Below are positions 8,514 to 19,218 of a stretch of 64,000 nt of DNA, one piece after another. The stretch is from Verrucomicrobiota bacterium. GTDB lineage: Bacteria > Verrucomicrobiota > Verrucomicrobiia > Opitutales > Seribacteraceae. The notes below the pieces were generated by a model. It had not been told where the DNA came from and ran no database searches. It saw only the letters and a list, made by a program, of their open reading frames with translations. The translations under genes were made by a program, and so were the position numbers. How positions within the stretch are numbered: position 1 is the first letter of the stretch; each line of letters begins with the position of its first letter. The stretch covers positions 160,001-224,000 of the forward strand of contig JAQBYT010000001.1 in assembly GCA_027622665.1 (NCBI GenBank). Reading direction: 5' to 3'.

Positions 8514-10697
8514 ATGTCTGACGAACAATCATCTGATCAAGACAAACTCCGCCTGACAACACAGCAGAAGATTGGCATTCTTTGTTCCTTTGCCAAGGAC
8601 AAGGTAGTCGAGCAGATTCAGTGCGTCTGGTTCATCATTCTCTATCTAGTCGTCTTTCAGTTGCTGGTGCTAGGCTTGCCCATCGTGTATTCGTTGATGA
8701 TAGCAGTAGGGATAAGCATCGTCATCATCGGACTCGCCTTTTTCATGGAAGGACTCCGACTGGGTCTAATGCCCCTTGGGGAAACGCTGGGATCCACTCT
8801 GCCCAGAAAGAAGATATTTGGCATTCCATGCCTACCCGCGAGTCTGGCTTTCGGCTTTGTTCTCGGTGCATTTGCTACTTTTGCAGAACCCGCTATCGGC
8901 GTGCTGAGAGCGGCCGGTGCTGGCGTCGACCCAACCCTTGCACCTTTGTTGTGGACCATTCTCAATACTGGGGCCGGCAATTTAGTAAACTCCGTTGGAG
9001 CCGGCGTAGGAATTGCCGTTCTTCTCGGTGTGCTTCGTTTTTACAAAGGCTGGTCCCTTAAACCTTTCATTTATGTTGGTGTTATTGTTCTCTCAACATT
9101 TACGCTATATTTTCAGTTTTCAGATGCGCGACTTCAGCATGTACTAGGATTAGCCTGGGACTGCGGTGCTGTAACTACCGGGCCTGTTACCGTTCCACTC
9201 GTTCTCGCTCTTGGCATTGGCGTTTGCCGAATCGTTTCAACGGGTGGTTCCCGCAACACGGGCTTTGGCGTCGTCACACTTGCCTCCCTTTTTCCCATTT
9301 TTGCAGTTCTTTGCTATGCCACTTTCCTCTTCAATGGGGACAATTATTATTATGCCACTCAGTCCCAAGCTGATTGGCATAAGGAAGCTGGTGTTTATGG
9401 TAAAAATTATGATCCTGACCTCCAGAGGTTTGGTGACATCGTTGCCGAGAGAAGAATAGCAGCTTCAGGCGGTGCTTCTGAGAGTGACATGGCGGGCTCG
9501 CTTTCAAAAGAAGATCTCGCCATCGTTCAAGCAGAATTAAATGACACTGGCAAACTACCCCCGGGTTATTCTCTCCAGACAGATATTGCTGGTGCTGGTC
9601 TTAACGCTCAACCTATTGACAAGGATGACAATAATTCGCGCTCGATCGTTCAGCCGACCGGCACTAATTCAATAATCGTTAGAGATGGCGTTTCTACTCC
9701 CGATGAAGTTTGGGATCCCGGAACTGAAATAATGGGGGCCTTGACCAATAATTTTGATTTCTTTCCAAACACATTTAAGCCAGAAGAAGATACCAATGGT
9801 AACGGTATCTTAGATCCTGGCGAAGATATTTATAGATATTCAGACGGAGTTCTCACTTACAACAAACCAGGTGAAGTAAATCCCAACGCAGTATTAGATG
9901 GTCCCGATCGAGATCGAGGAGCCATCGAAGGTGCTCTTTGGGCAATTGTTCCACTTTGCACCATTCTGTTGCTCGTCCTTGTGGTTGGCCTCAGGCAACC
10001 GCCAAAGCACTACGACGAATTATTCATTGGAATCATCTGTGCGGTTATTGGAATGGGTCTCTTTAATCTAGGCATAGCTCTCGGTCTAACCCCATTGGGG
10101 GAGCAATTGGGTGGTAACGTGGTATCTAGTTTCGCCGCCATTGAGCCTTGGGCGGCGGAAGGCTTCGTTGATCCTATGTTCTCTTCATCCAACTTAGGGA
10201 AGGCTTTAGCTATACTCTTCGGTTTCATTCTGGGATACGGGGCCACCTTGGCAGAACCGGCTCTCAACGCACTTGGCTCCACCGTAGAAAAAATAACAGT
10301 CGGTGCTTTCAAGAAAAGCCTGCTCATGCAGACTGTTGCAACTGGAGTGGCCATCGGCATCTCCACGGGTGTGGCTAAGATCGCCTTCAATCTCGATCTC
10401 TGGTACTTACTCATTCCACCCTACATGATCGTGATGGTAATCACTTACTTTTCGAGCGAGGATTTCGTTAACTTCGGTTGGGACAGTGCAGGGGTTACCA
10501 CTGGCCCCATCACCGTTCCGCTTGTACTCGCCATGGGCTTGGGCATCGGTTCCAAGACTGGAGCAATAGATGGTTTCGGGGTACTTGCACTTGCATCGAT
10601 AGGGCCAATTATTACCGTACTTACCGTTGGACTTATAGTTGGAAGAAAACCTAAGACGGATGAAGATGAAACCCTAATCGCAACGGAGGCCGTTTAA
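8514..10697 (+). CDS. DUF1538-family integral membrane protein, two DUF1538 units fused around a soluble insert
   Basis: Duplicated motifs: AEPAIGVL/AEPALNAL; AWDCGAVTTGPVTVPLVLALGIG/GWDSAGVTTGPITVPLVLAMGLG; GFGVVTLAS/GFGVLALAS. ATG at 8514 preferred over TTG at 8484. Confidence 0.85.
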   Translation: MSDEQSSDQDKLRLTTQQKIGILCSFAKDKVVEQIQCVWFIILYLVVFQLLVLGLPIVYSLMIAVGISIVIIGLAFFMEGLRLGLMPLGETLGSTLPRKKIFGIPCLPASLAFGFVLGAFATFAEPAIGVLRAAGAGVDPTLAPLLWTILNTGAGNLVNSVGAGVGIAVLLGVLRFYKGWSLKPFIYVGVIVLSTFTLYFQFSDARLQHVLGLAWDCGAVTTGPVTVPLVLALGIGVCRIVSTGGSRNTGFGVVTLASLFPIFAVLCYATFLFNGDNYYYATQSQADWHKEAGVYGKNYDPDLQRFGDIVAERRIAASGGASESDMAGSLSKEDLAIVQAELNDTGKLPPGYSLQTDIAGAGLNAQPIDKDDNNSRSIVQPTGTNSIIVRDGVSTPDEVWDPGTEIMGALTNNFDFFPNTFKPEEDTNGNGILDPGEDIYRYSDGVLTYNKPGEVNPNAVLDGPDRDRGAIEGALWAIVPLCTILLLVLVVGLRQPPKHYDELFIGIICAVIGMGLFNLGIALGLTPLGEQLGGNVVSSFAAIEPWAAEGFVDPMFSSSNLGKALAILFGFILGYGATLAEPALNALGSTVEKITVGAFKKSLLMQTVATGVAIGISTGVAKIAFNLDLWYLLIPPYMIVMVITYFSSEDFVNFGWDSAGVTTGPITVPLVLAMGLGIGSKTGAIDGFGVLALASIGPIITVLTVGLIVGRKPKTDEDETLIATEAV

Positions 10698-10698
10698 C

Positions 10699-11829
10699 AT
10701 GAGTAACTACACGCAAAGCGATAACTTCTCCCTTCTCACACTCATTTTGCCCAAAGAGTCTGTCGTTACAGTCTCTAAGGCAATCTGCAAAGCAGGTGCA
10801 TCTGGCATCTTCGAGGTAACTGCCCGCGGGTCCGTGTTAAACGAAGGGGGGGTCCTCCAGCGGATGTTCCCGCCTCCTGCACCAGTACAACACCTTCTAC
10901 AGACACTTGTCCCCAACGACAAGGTTGATGCGGTTACAGATGCGGCCGTTCTGGCAGGTAACCTCAATCGAGTTGGGGCAGGAGCCGTATTTGTCATCGA
11001 CTGTAACGATACCCGCCATACTGAAAAGTTTCCTGCTCCTTCCCCGTCCGTTGATAATGCCAACGGTTCTTCAGGCACTTACACCGCGGATCTCGAAGCC
11101 ATTTGCTGCATTTGTGAAATAGGAATAGCCGACGACATCGCAAAAGCCGCTCTCCAAAATGGTGCCCCGGGACCAACTGTGACCTTTGGAGAAGGTGGTG
11201 GCGTGCGCGACAAAATTCCTCTTCTGCGAATCACCAAGGGTCCTGAAAAGGAATTCGTATGGTGTGTCGTGGACAAGAATGATGCTGACGAGATTTTCGC
11301 TGACATGGCTCGTGCCGGCCACATTTCCGAACCAGGTCGTGGATTCATGTACTCAATTCCAGTCAGCTCGGGTATCGTAAATGTTTCCAGTGTTGCGGCG
11401 ACATCAGCCCATGGCGCCAACATGGAGCAAGTCATCGCTGCCATCGACGAAATCAAAGGCGATAAGGATTGGCGTGCAACCACCGCAGAAGCCACCAAGA
11501 GTAAGGCTTTTAAGACTAATCCCCTAGTAAACTTAATAGGACTTTACTGCATTGTTCCACGGGACAATTACTCAGATGTCTATGACGCTATCCTTGAAGC
11601 AGGAGCGCCTGGCGTGAGCACAAACTTTGGAGTCATGAACGATGCCGATTCTGGGGATGCCGAGCAGGCACAAAACGAGGAATGGGCCTTGGTCTATACT
11701 TCACTTGGTTCTGCCAATGTTGATAAAGTACGAGACTCAGTGGCAAAGAAGATCGATGAAATTGGTCTTGATCGTGCGGCTTTTTACACCCTTCCCATAC
11801 CGAGAGCCCTCACTTACTTGGGGGGCTAA
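10699..11829 (+). CDS. PII-like (GlnB-fold) signalling protein with three tandem PII-like domains
   Basis: Three ~100-aa units (KAGASGI...GAGAVFVID; QNGAPGPT..GEG...GPEKE...EPGRGFMYSIPV; EAGAPGVS...AFYTLPI). Starts 1 bp after the DUF1538 gene, a known gene pairing. Confidence 0.75.
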   Translation: MSNYTQSDNFSLLTLILPKESVVTVSKAICKAGASGIFEVTARGSVLNEGGVLQRMFPPPAPVQHLLQTLVPNDKVDAVTDAAVLAGNLNRVGAGAVFVIDCNDTRHTEKFPAPSPSVDNANGSSGTYTADLEAICCICEIGIADDIAKAALQNGAPGPTVTFGEGGGVRDKIPLLRITKGPEKEFVWCVVDKNDADEIFADMARAGHISEPGRGFMYSIPVSSGIVNVSSVAATSAHGANMEQVIAAIDEIKGDKDWRATTAEATKSKAFKTNPLVNLIGLYCIVPRDNYSDVYDAILEAGAPGVSTNFGVMNDADSGDAEQAQNEEWALVYTSLGSANVDKVRDSVAKKIDEIGLDRAAFYTLPIPRALTYLGG

Positions 11830-12004
11830 GCCCGTAAATCAAACGGCAAGGCAAGTTAATCCATAATCCACTAGGTTAACATTAGAGTGAAAAGTTGAAT
11901 CTTCGACCAGTTCGCTGATTTGGAAGATGTTACTATTCAATCATTGGAATAGCTTCTTAAGACTTACGGAAAGTAGATTGAGGTACTGTTTTTTCCTAAG
12001 TAAC

Positions 12005-12025
12005 AATCAAATTAAAAATTTGATT
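12005..12025. terminator. Possible weak bidirectional hairpin between convergent genes
   Basis: AATCAAATT-aaa-AATTTGATT inverted repeat just downstream of the ferredoxin stop; AT-rich, so low stability. Confidence 0.3.
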
Positions 12026-12029
12026 TGCC

Positions 12030-12332
12030 CTATTGGTCGGCGTCTGGATCTGTACACTTAGGTCCTTTAAGCGGCTCTTTTTGGCCGATAATCTGCGGAT
12101 GTTGGTCTGCTTGTTCGTTAAGTTCTATCCATTCCTGAAGTCCTTCCGGCACATCAATGTCGGGGTAAATAGCTTCCACAGGACATTCGTCCACGCATGC
12201 ATTGCAATCAATACAAGTCTCCGGATTGATGTATAGGCGATCTGGTAATTGGTGAAATGCATCAACGGGACAAACGGCTACGCAACTAGTGAAGACGCAA
12301 TCCACGCATTTTTCGGTAACTACATATGTCAT
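12030..12332 (-). CDS. fdxA: Dicluster ferredoxin (FdxA/7Fe type)
   Basis: MTYVVTEKCVDC...CVAVCPVD...CIDCNACVDECPVEAIY. Confidence 0.88.
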   Translation of the reverse strand: MTYVVTEKCVDCVFTSCVAVCPVDAFHQLPDRLYINPETCIDCNACVDECPVEAIYPDIDVPEGLQEWIELNEQADQHPQIIGQKEPLKGPKCTDPDADQ

Positions 12333-12431
12333 ATTTAAAAATCTTTAGGTTAGAAAGACATTGGCAACTAGAAAGGCTTGAATACTTTCAAGCTTTATAT
12401 AGTTAAAAACTTTTACTCAAGCAGGGTACCG

Positions 12432-12782
12432 CTAGAAAAAACGAACAGGTTTACCTTCGGTTTTATCTAATGCCCTGGCGGCATGTTCCTCATCTGGACA
12501 AGGGGAGTTAGTTGGCGCCGAAGGGTCAATCCCATTAGCCGTAACTAGGTTGTTCCCCAATAAGTAGTTTTCGACTTCCTCGCCACTCACATCGGCCAAC
12601 ATAACCCCATCTAATTCAACACACGGAGACAATGGTTGTCCCGACTTTTCAACCATTTTGGCATAAATGTCCGGATTATTCACGATGTCGAGATCGTTGT
12701 ACTTGAGGTCATACTTGCCCATGATGGCTCGAACTCCCATACTCCATCCACATTGTGGCTTTAGATATGCATTAATTTTCAT
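12432..12782 (-). CDS. Monothiol glutaredoxin-like protein
   Basis: YLKPQCGWS active site; MVEKSGQPLSPCVELDG cis-Pro motif. Confidence 0.8.
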   Translation of the reverse strand: MKINAYLKPQCGWSMGVRAIMGKYDLKYNDLDIVNNPDIYAKMVEKSGQPLSPCVELDGVMLADVSGEEVENYLLGNNLVTANGIDPSAPTNSPCPDEEHAARALDKTEGKPVRFF

Positions 12783-12806
12783 AGCTATAATAGTATTTCT
12801 AATTTC

Positions 12807-13721
12807 TTGCGGAAGTCCTTACATAATAGCATTTATCGAGAAATGGCAAATATAAGAATAAGTTTTTTCGGCACCCGATATGTTTCTTATGTCACTAGGG
12901 ACCTAAAGCTTAATTGGTGGCTTTGTTTTAATGCATTAGCTGTGGACACTGTTTTGATCGCTATTGTCTGGCAGTCTCTGGCGGCTAAAGTTTTTGATAT
13001 AGAACTAGAACATTGTCATAGATTACTATTAGGGGCTGCAGTCTGGCTAGGATATGTGGCTGATCGCGTATTAGACGGTTTTCAAATTACAGATCGCGTT
13101 TGCTCGGCACGACATTCCATAGCTTGTCGCTATCGTGTATTCCTATTCTTTGCATGGATTGCCGTCTTGTTTCTCGCTGTTTGTTTTGCCTTTCAGGTTT
13201 TGCCTTTCAGAGAGTTGTACAAGTGCTTTTTATTGGCAATTTGCTGCGGACTGAACGCACTCGTCAATGTATTTGATAAATTCGGGAAATTCCCTATCCC
13301 AAAGGAGTTACGCACCGCGTTACTTTTTGCGAGCGGAGTGTTTATTTTTGTGGCTTTGGGGTTCCCTACGATTACGATATGGTCATGGATTACATTTCTG
13401 TCATTCGCTACATTATGTTTTGCCAACTGTTTCTACGCAGCAATCTGGGACCGCACCGTGGACATGAGCCAAGGTCAAAGCTCTCTAATTTTAAGAAGGA
13501 ATCTTCCATTGGGTCCTCTTCGTTTAATATCGTTATTAATGGCTTTCGGTTGCATTCTTTTGAGCGTCCTTCTCTCAGGAAATCTAAACCTTTTCTTTCT
13601 AGCTATAGGTTCAGCGGTGCTGTCCCTACCTTTAATCGACATCTTGATAAACGGAACGGAAAACAAGAGAATACTTGCCGACCTCGGATTGCTCCTTTCG
13701 GCGGGGTGCGTCCTTCTATGA
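12807..13721 (+). CDS. Multi-pass membrane protein, possibly UbiA-prenyltransferase-like; true start probably further downstream
   Basis: About 8-9 hydrophobic segments; WLGYVADRVLD and PIPKEL motifs; ATGA overlap with the following methyltransferase. Confidence 0.55.
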   Translation: MRKSLHNSIYREMANIRISFFGTRYVSYVTRDLKLNWWLCFNALAVDTVLIAIVWQSLAAKVFDIELEHCHRLLLGAAVWLGYVADRVLDGFQITDRVCSARHSIACRYRVFLFFAWIAVLFLAVCFAFQVLPFRELYKCFLLAICCGLNALVNVFDKFGKFPIPKELRTALLFASGVFIFVALGFPTITIWSWITFLSFATLCFANCFYAAIWDRTVDMSQGQSSLILRRNLPLGPLRLISLLMAFGCILLSVLLSGNLNLFFLAIGSAVLSLPLIDILINGTENKRILADLGLLLSAGCVLL

Positions 13722-14377
13722 ATAATAAGGCAAGGCCTGTTTCATTTTGTCGGATTGCTCGAGTATACAACCTCCTTGAAAAACTCGTATTTAAAGATGC
13801 TCTAGAGAAAACTAGGATTGCTTGCTTAGACTCGATTTCCGAGGCCAAGAGGATCCTTTTGCTCGGTGAAGGCGATGGTCGTTTTTTGGCAAAACTCACA
13901 TCAATTAACCCTGATTGCCTAGTAACCGTATTGGACGCTAGCCCGATTATGTTGGCTTTGGCCAAGACCAGAGTTCCCACTACGTTTCAAGGAGAGATTC
14001 ACTTTTGTAAAGAAGATGTGACAAAATTCCCGTTCCCCTTCGAAGCGTTTGACGCAGTGGTCTCGCATTTCTTTTTAGATTGTTTTACTGAGGAAACGTT
14101 ATCCGACTTGTTAGAGAAATTAAGTTCAACTTTGCGTCCTAGCGGGAAATGGCTAATCGCGGACTTCGTTGAACCTTCTCCGAATACTCTTCACTCTCTC
14201 CCTCCATTTCTTTGCCTAAGAATTCTTTATGCCTTTTTCGGATTAACATGCGGCATTGAGGCTCGCAGAGTAGTTTCTCCTCACAAAATATTAAGGACTC
14301 ACGGATTACGCGAGTCCCGCTGCATTAGTTTTTCCAACGGCTTCCTTGCGAGCTTGGTTTTTATCAAACAAGCTTGA
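13718..14377 (+). CDS. Class I SAM-dependent methyltransferase
   Basis: ILLLGEGDGRFL motif I, LDASPIML, FDAVVSHFFLDCF. ATG 13718 overlaps the upstream TGA; the track start at 13379 is overextended. Confidence 0.85.
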   Translation: MNNKARPVSFCRIARVYNLLEKLVFKDALEKTRIACLDSISEAKRILLLGEGDGRFLAKLTSINPDCLVTVLDASPIMLALAKTRVPTTFQGEIHFCKEDVTKFPFPFEAFDAVVSHFFLDCFTEETLSDLLEKLSSTLRPSGKWLIADFVEPSPNTLHSLPPFLCLRILYAFFGLTCGIEARRVVSPHKILRTHGLRESRCISFSNGFLASLVFIKQA

Positions 14378-14552
14378 TTTCTCCTGCCACCGACAGTTTC
14401 TTCAGAGGTGTGACATGCTTGAAATTACCTTGACCCAATGAGGGCTAAGCCCACTATCTTGTGAGCCATTTGCTTAGCGGGAAGCAAGCCTGTAAACCGA
14501 CAGCTTTCTCCTCCAACAATTACTCCATTTTTTTCTTCCTCAACTATCTTGA

Positions 14553-17500
14553 ATGATTTCCAAAACTAAAAGTTTCAAAGCACCGACAGCCCAAGGGCTT
14601 TACGACCCAAAGTACGAACGGGAAAACTGCGGCATCGGACTCATCGTTGATATGAGAGGCCGCCGTTCTCACGATATTGTTAGTGGTGCCCTTGAGATTT
14701 GTCGCAATCTCGACCACCGAGGTGGTTGCGGTTGCGATCCGATTACAGGAGACGGAGCCGGCATATTCATTCAACTCCCTCACAAATTCTTCTTGAGCAA
14801 TTGCAATCAAGACATTGGTTTTGAAATTCCTGATGAAGGTGACTACGGGGTGGGCTTTGCTTATTTGTCCAAGGATCAAACTTGTCGCCATACCCAAATG
14901 GAGACTGTCGAGCAAATCTCTGATGATTTGGGCATGGAGATGCTTGGATGGCGCGAGGTGCCAGTAAATAGTGATGTTCTCGGCAAGGCGTCCTTTGATT
15001 GCGAACCTTACATGAGTCAATTTTTTGTAAGGCGCAGTAAAGAGACTGAGCGCGGTCTCGCCTTTGAGCGCAAACTTTACATTTTGCGACGAGTCGCAAG
15101 TCATCGTCTTCGTTATTTTCGGGATGATCTTTCAGAAATGTTTTACATAGCGTCTTTATCTTCTCGGACCATAACCTACAAGGGAATGCTTACGACGGGA
15201 CAACTGGATCAGTACTTCCCCGACTTGCGTCATCCCGACATGGAATCCGCTCTTGCCCTGACGCATTCCCGATTTTCTACGAATACTTTCCCAAATTGGT
15301 TGCGTGCCCAACCCTTCCGTTACCTTTGTCACAATGGTGAAATCAATACTGTTCGCGGGAATGAAAACTGGCTTCACGCACGACAGATGCAGTTTGCCGC
15401 AGACGCATTTGGCGAAGACCTGTCCAAGCTCCTGCCCGTAATCCGTGAAGACGGTTCGGATTCACAAAAATTCGATAATTGCTTGGAATTTCTCATCCTC
15501 TCGGGGCGCAGTTTGGCGCACGCCATGATGATGATGATCCCTGAACCCTGGGAACGTCACCAAGACATGCCTGAGTTCAAGCGGGAATTCTACGAATTCC
15601 ACTCCTGCCTCATGGAACCTTGGGATGGACCTGCATCCATTGCCTTCTCCGATGGAGTCCAAATAGGGGCGGTCCTAGACCGCAATGGCTTACGCCCTTC
15701 ACGTTATTACGTCACGGCTGATGATAAAGTAATTCTTTCCTCTGAAGTTGGTGTCTTGGCTTCCGTGCAACAAAAGGACATCGTAAAGAAAGGTCGTCTC
15801 GAACCAGGTCGCATGTTTCTTATCGACATGGAAGCTGGACGCATCATCGAAGATTCTGAAATCAAGGAAGAAGTGGCAAAATTTGCTCCCTATGGGAAAT
15901 GGCTTAAAGAAAATCTTATTGATTCAAAGGATTTGCCGATTCCAACAATTGATAAGCACGATGATTTCACTACCTTGCTTACCCGTCAAAAGGCCTTTGG
16001 ATATACTTTTGAAGATATGCGGTTCCTAATCGGTCCGAGTGCCGAGTCGGGGAAGCAACCGCTTGGTTCGATGGGGAACGATACTCCGCTAGCCGTACTT
16101 TCCGACAAGTCGCAAAATCTCTACAACTACTTCAAGCAACTTTTTGCTCAGGTTACGAATCCTCCCTTAGACCCGATCCGAGAAGAGCTGGTAACGGGAA
16201 CTATAAGTTTTGTCGGTTCGGAAGGTGATCTCACGCTCCCTAACCAAGATAGTTGTCGAATGATCAAATTCGATACGCCTCTAGTTAATGACGTCGTTGT
16301 TGAACAATTGCGCGAAATTGATGTCAGTGGGTTTGGTACCGCCACTATTCCAATCACCTTCCAACCTGAATTTCAGAGTGAAGGTTCAGATTTGGAAAAA
16401 GCTTTAGAGCAAGTATTCGCAGCCAGTGATTCCGCCATCAATCAAGGGGCGAACCTCTTAATTTTGTCCGATCGTGAAATCGGGCCGAAAAAAGCTGCCA
16501 TCCCCTCATTGTTGGCTGTTTCCGGTCTTCACCAGCACCTGATCGAGAATGGGAAACGGACAAAAGTTTCAATTATTCTGGAATCAGGCGAACCCCGTGA
16601 AGTTCATCATTTTGCCCTGTTGCTCGGCTATGGCGTAGACCTAATTAATCCCTATCTAGCCCTCGAGACAGTACGCCACCTTATTTCAGAGGGTGATATC
16701 GATCTCGACCCGGAAAAAGCCGTATCAAATTTCCTTAAGGCAAACACCAATGGCGTCGTAAAGACCATGTCTAAAATGGGTATATCGACCGTAGCCTCTT
16801 ATCGAGGCGCACAGATCTTCGAAGCTATCGGTCTGAACAAAGAAATCGTCGACAAATACTTCACGAACACCGCATCTCGGGTTGAAGGCATTGGGATGGA
16901 TCTAATTGCCGAGGATGCCCGTGCGTTTCATGCAAACGCCTTTGCGCCGCGTCCGGATGAAAAGTCCGCACCACTTGATCCCGGCGGCATCTACCAGTGG
17001 CGGGCGAACGCCGAGCGTCACCTGTTCAACCCTGTTACGATACACAAGCTTCAGCAAGCTACACGACTTGGCGACTTTGCCGTTTTCAAAGAATATTCCA
17101 ATGCCATCAACGACCAGTCCAGAGAGACATTTACGTTGCGTGGGTTGATGGAATTTAAGTTCGAGGAGTCCAAGGCCATACCAATAGATGAGGTTGAGCC
17201 GGCTAGCGAAATCGTGAAGAGATTCAAGACAGGGGCAATGTCTTATGGTTCAATATCAAAGGAAGCACACGAAACTTTAGCCGTAGCCATGAACCGACTG
17301 GGGGGGAAGTCCAACACTGGAGAGGGCGGCGAAGACAAGGATCGCTTCCTTGCCGACGAGAATGGCGATAGTCGTCGTTCGGCAATCAAACAGGTGGCGA
17401 GCGGTCGCTTTGGAGTTACTAGTTTCTACCTTGTCAACTCGGACGAGATTCAAATTAAAATTGTACAAGGTGCAAAACCCGGAGAAGGCGGAGAACTGCC

Positions 17501-19172
17501 TGGTCACAAGGTTTTGCCGCCTATTGCCAAGACTCGAGGCACCACCCCGGGCGTTGGACTGATATCCCCACCTCCCCACCATGACATTTATTCCATTGAG
17601 GATTTAGCCGAACTCATCCACGATCTGAAGAATTCCAACCACAAAGCCCGAATCAATGTGAAATTGGTCTCTGCCGCAGGGGTGGGAACTATAGCGGCGG
17701 GCGTAGTCAAGGCCAAAGCAGACGTCATCCTTGTTTCAGGATACGATGGCGGGACGGGAGCTTCCCCACGCTCATCCATTCAACACGCCGGAGCACCATG
17801 GGAACTGGGACTTGCAGAAACGAACCAGACGTTGCTTCTCAATGATCTTCGCAGTCGAGTTGTGATAGAAACCGATGGTCAGCTAAAAACCGGACGCGAT
17901 GTTGCCGTCGCATGCCTACTTGGAGCGGAAGAATTTGGTTTTGCAACCGCTCCTCTTGTCACCTTGGGCTGCTTAATGATGAGGGCTTGCCATAAGAATA
18001 CTTGCCCCGTCGGCATAGCCACTCAGAATCCGTTGCTACGGGAAAAGTTTCGCGGCGGAGCCGAGGCGGTTGTCCACTTCATGAACTTTGTCGCTGAGGA
18101 AATGCGTGAACTTATGGCCAAGCTCGGTATGCGTTCGATAAACGAGATGGTCGGCCAAGTCGATAAATTACAGATGCGCAAGATACCGGCTTCCGCAAAG
18201 CACAAAGGCCTTGATTACTCAAAAATACTGTACAAACCGGAGGTCGGTCCCGAAGTCGGCACTTACAGCCAAATCAAGCAGGACCATCAGCTGGAGATGG
18301 CACTCGACAATCGAGAGATTCTCCGACGTTCAAGCCCTGCATTGGAAAGTGGAACTCCAGTTGAAATCGATCTACCCGTCCTGAATACAGATCGCGTTGT
18401 CGGAACCCTTACCGGTGCGGAAGTTTCTCGCCGTTATGGCGACGACGGCTTGCCCGATGACACCATAAAAATCAATCTTACAGGATCAGCGGGCCAAAGC
18501 CTTGCCGCCTTTTGTCCAAATGGTATGACATTTACCGTTTCGGGCGACACTAACGATTACTGTGGCAAGGGACTCTCGGGGGCCAAAGTGATCGTCAGAC
18601 CCACGGCAGACTCTACATTCATCGCGAATGAAAATATCATTATCGGGAATGTTTGCTTTTATGGAGCCACTGGCGGCGAAGCGTACATTTCCGGAGTGGC
18701 CGGCGAAAGATTCTGTGTCCGTAACTCTGGTGTGGATGCAGTCGTTGAAGGTATTGGTGACCACGGTTGTGAATACATGACCGGTGGTCGAGTAATCTGT
18801 CTCGGCCGGACTGGTCGCAACTTTGGCGCAGGGATGTCCGGCGGGGTTGCATACATTCTCGATACGGAAGGTGATTTCGTAACTAAGCGGCTGAACCATG
18901 AAATGGTGAAAGTTTATCCGCTGATGGAATGCGAGGATGATGAAATCGCTGCCGTCCGGGCCCGCATCGAAAGTCATGTCGACTACACTGCTTCCGTACA
19001 CGGCCAAGCAATCCTCTCCGATTGGAATGCCTTCCTCGACAAATTCATCAAGGTCTTGCCGGAAGACTTTGAACGTGTCCTTAACGCCATGAAGCGGGCA
19101 GAGGACCGCGGACTCGAAGGCGACGAAGCCGTGCAAGCCGCGTTCGAGGAAAATGTCGCCGCCGGGCACTAA
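14553..19172 (+). CDS. gltB: Glutamate synthase large subunit
   Basis: ERENCGIG (N-terminal nucleophile Cys), [43 protein letters not shown], 3Fe-4[17 protein letters not shown]. Confidence 0.98.
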   Translation: MISKTKSFKAPTAQGLYDPKYERENCGIGLIVDMRGRRSHDIVSGALEICRNLDHRGGCGCDPITGDGAGIFIQLPHKFFLSNCNQDIGFEIPDEGDYGVGFAYLSKDQTCRHTQMETVEQISDDLGMEMLGWREVPVNSDVLGKASFDCEPYMSQFFVRRSKETERGLAFERKLYILRRVASHRLRYFRDDLSEMFYIASLSSRTITYKGMLTTGQLDQYFPDLRHPDMESALALTHSRFSTNTFPNWLRAQPFRYLCHNGEINTVRGNENWLHARQMQFAADAFGEDLSKLLPVIREDGSDSQKFDNCLEFLILSGRSLAHAMMMMIPEPWERHQDMPEFKREFYEFHSCLMEPWDGPASIAFSDGVQIGAVLDRNGLRPSRYYVTADDKVILSSEVGVLASVQQKDIVKKGRLEPGRMFLIDMEAGRIIEDSEIKEEVAKFAPYGKWLKENLIDSKDLPIPTIDKHDDFTTLLTRQKAFGYTFEDMRFLIGPSAESGKQPLGSMGNDTPLAVLSDKSQNLYNYFKQLFAQVTNPPLDPIREELVTGTISFVGSEGDLTLPNQDSCRMIKFDTPLVNDVVVEQLREIDVSGFGTATIPITFQPEFQSEGSDLEKALEQVFAASDSAINQGANLLILSDREIGPKKAAIPSLLAVSGLHQHLIENGKRTKVSIILESGEPREVHHFALLLGYGVDLINPYLALETVRHLISEGDIDLDPEKAVSNFLKANTNGVVKTMSKMGISTVASYRGAQIFEAIGLNKEIVDKYFTNTASRVEGIGMDLIAEDARAFHANAFAPRPDEKSAPLDPGGIYQWRANAERHLFNPVTIHKLQQATRLGDFAVFKEYSNAINDQSRETFTLRGLMEFKFEESKAIPIDEVEPASEIVKRFKTGAMSYGSISKEAHETLAVAMNRLGGKSNTGEGGEDKDRFLADENGDSRRSAIKQVASGRFGVTSFYLVNSDEIQIKIVQGAKPGEGGELPGHKVLPPIAKTRGTTPGVGLISPPPHHDIYSIEDLAELIHDLKNSNHKARINVKLVSAAGVGTIAAGVVKAKADVILVSGYDGGTGASPRSSIQHAGAPWELGLAETNQTLLLNDLRSRVVIETDGQLKTGRDVAVACLLGAEEFGFATAPLVTLGCLMMRACHKNTCPVGIATQNPLLREKFRGGAEAVVHFMNFVAEEMRELMAKLGMRSINEMVGQVDKLQMRKIPASAKHKGLDYSKILYKPEVGPEVGTYSQIKQDHQLEMALDNREILRRSSPALESGTPVEIDLPVLNTDRVVGTLTGAEVSRRYGDDGLPDDTIKINLTGSAGQSLAAFCPNGMTFTVSGDTNDYCGKGLSGAKVIVRPTADSTFIANENIIIGNVCFYGATGGEAYISGVAGERFCVRNSGVDAVVEGIGDHGCEYMTGGRVICLGRTGRNFGAGMSGGVAYILDTEGDFVTKRLNHEMVKVYPLMECEDDEIAAVRARIESHVDYTASVHGQAILSDWNAFLDKFIKVLPEDFERVLNAMKRAEDRGLEGDEAVQAAFEENVAAGH

Positions 19173-19218
19173 TTCTGAGCCTCGAACTCCGTTCATTCAA
19201 CTTTAGTTTTTTCATGTT

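Noticed and set aside
14409..14424. CRP-like site TGTGA-N6-TGAAA upstream of gltB
   Set aside because: The second half-site matches TCACA poorly; could be chance.
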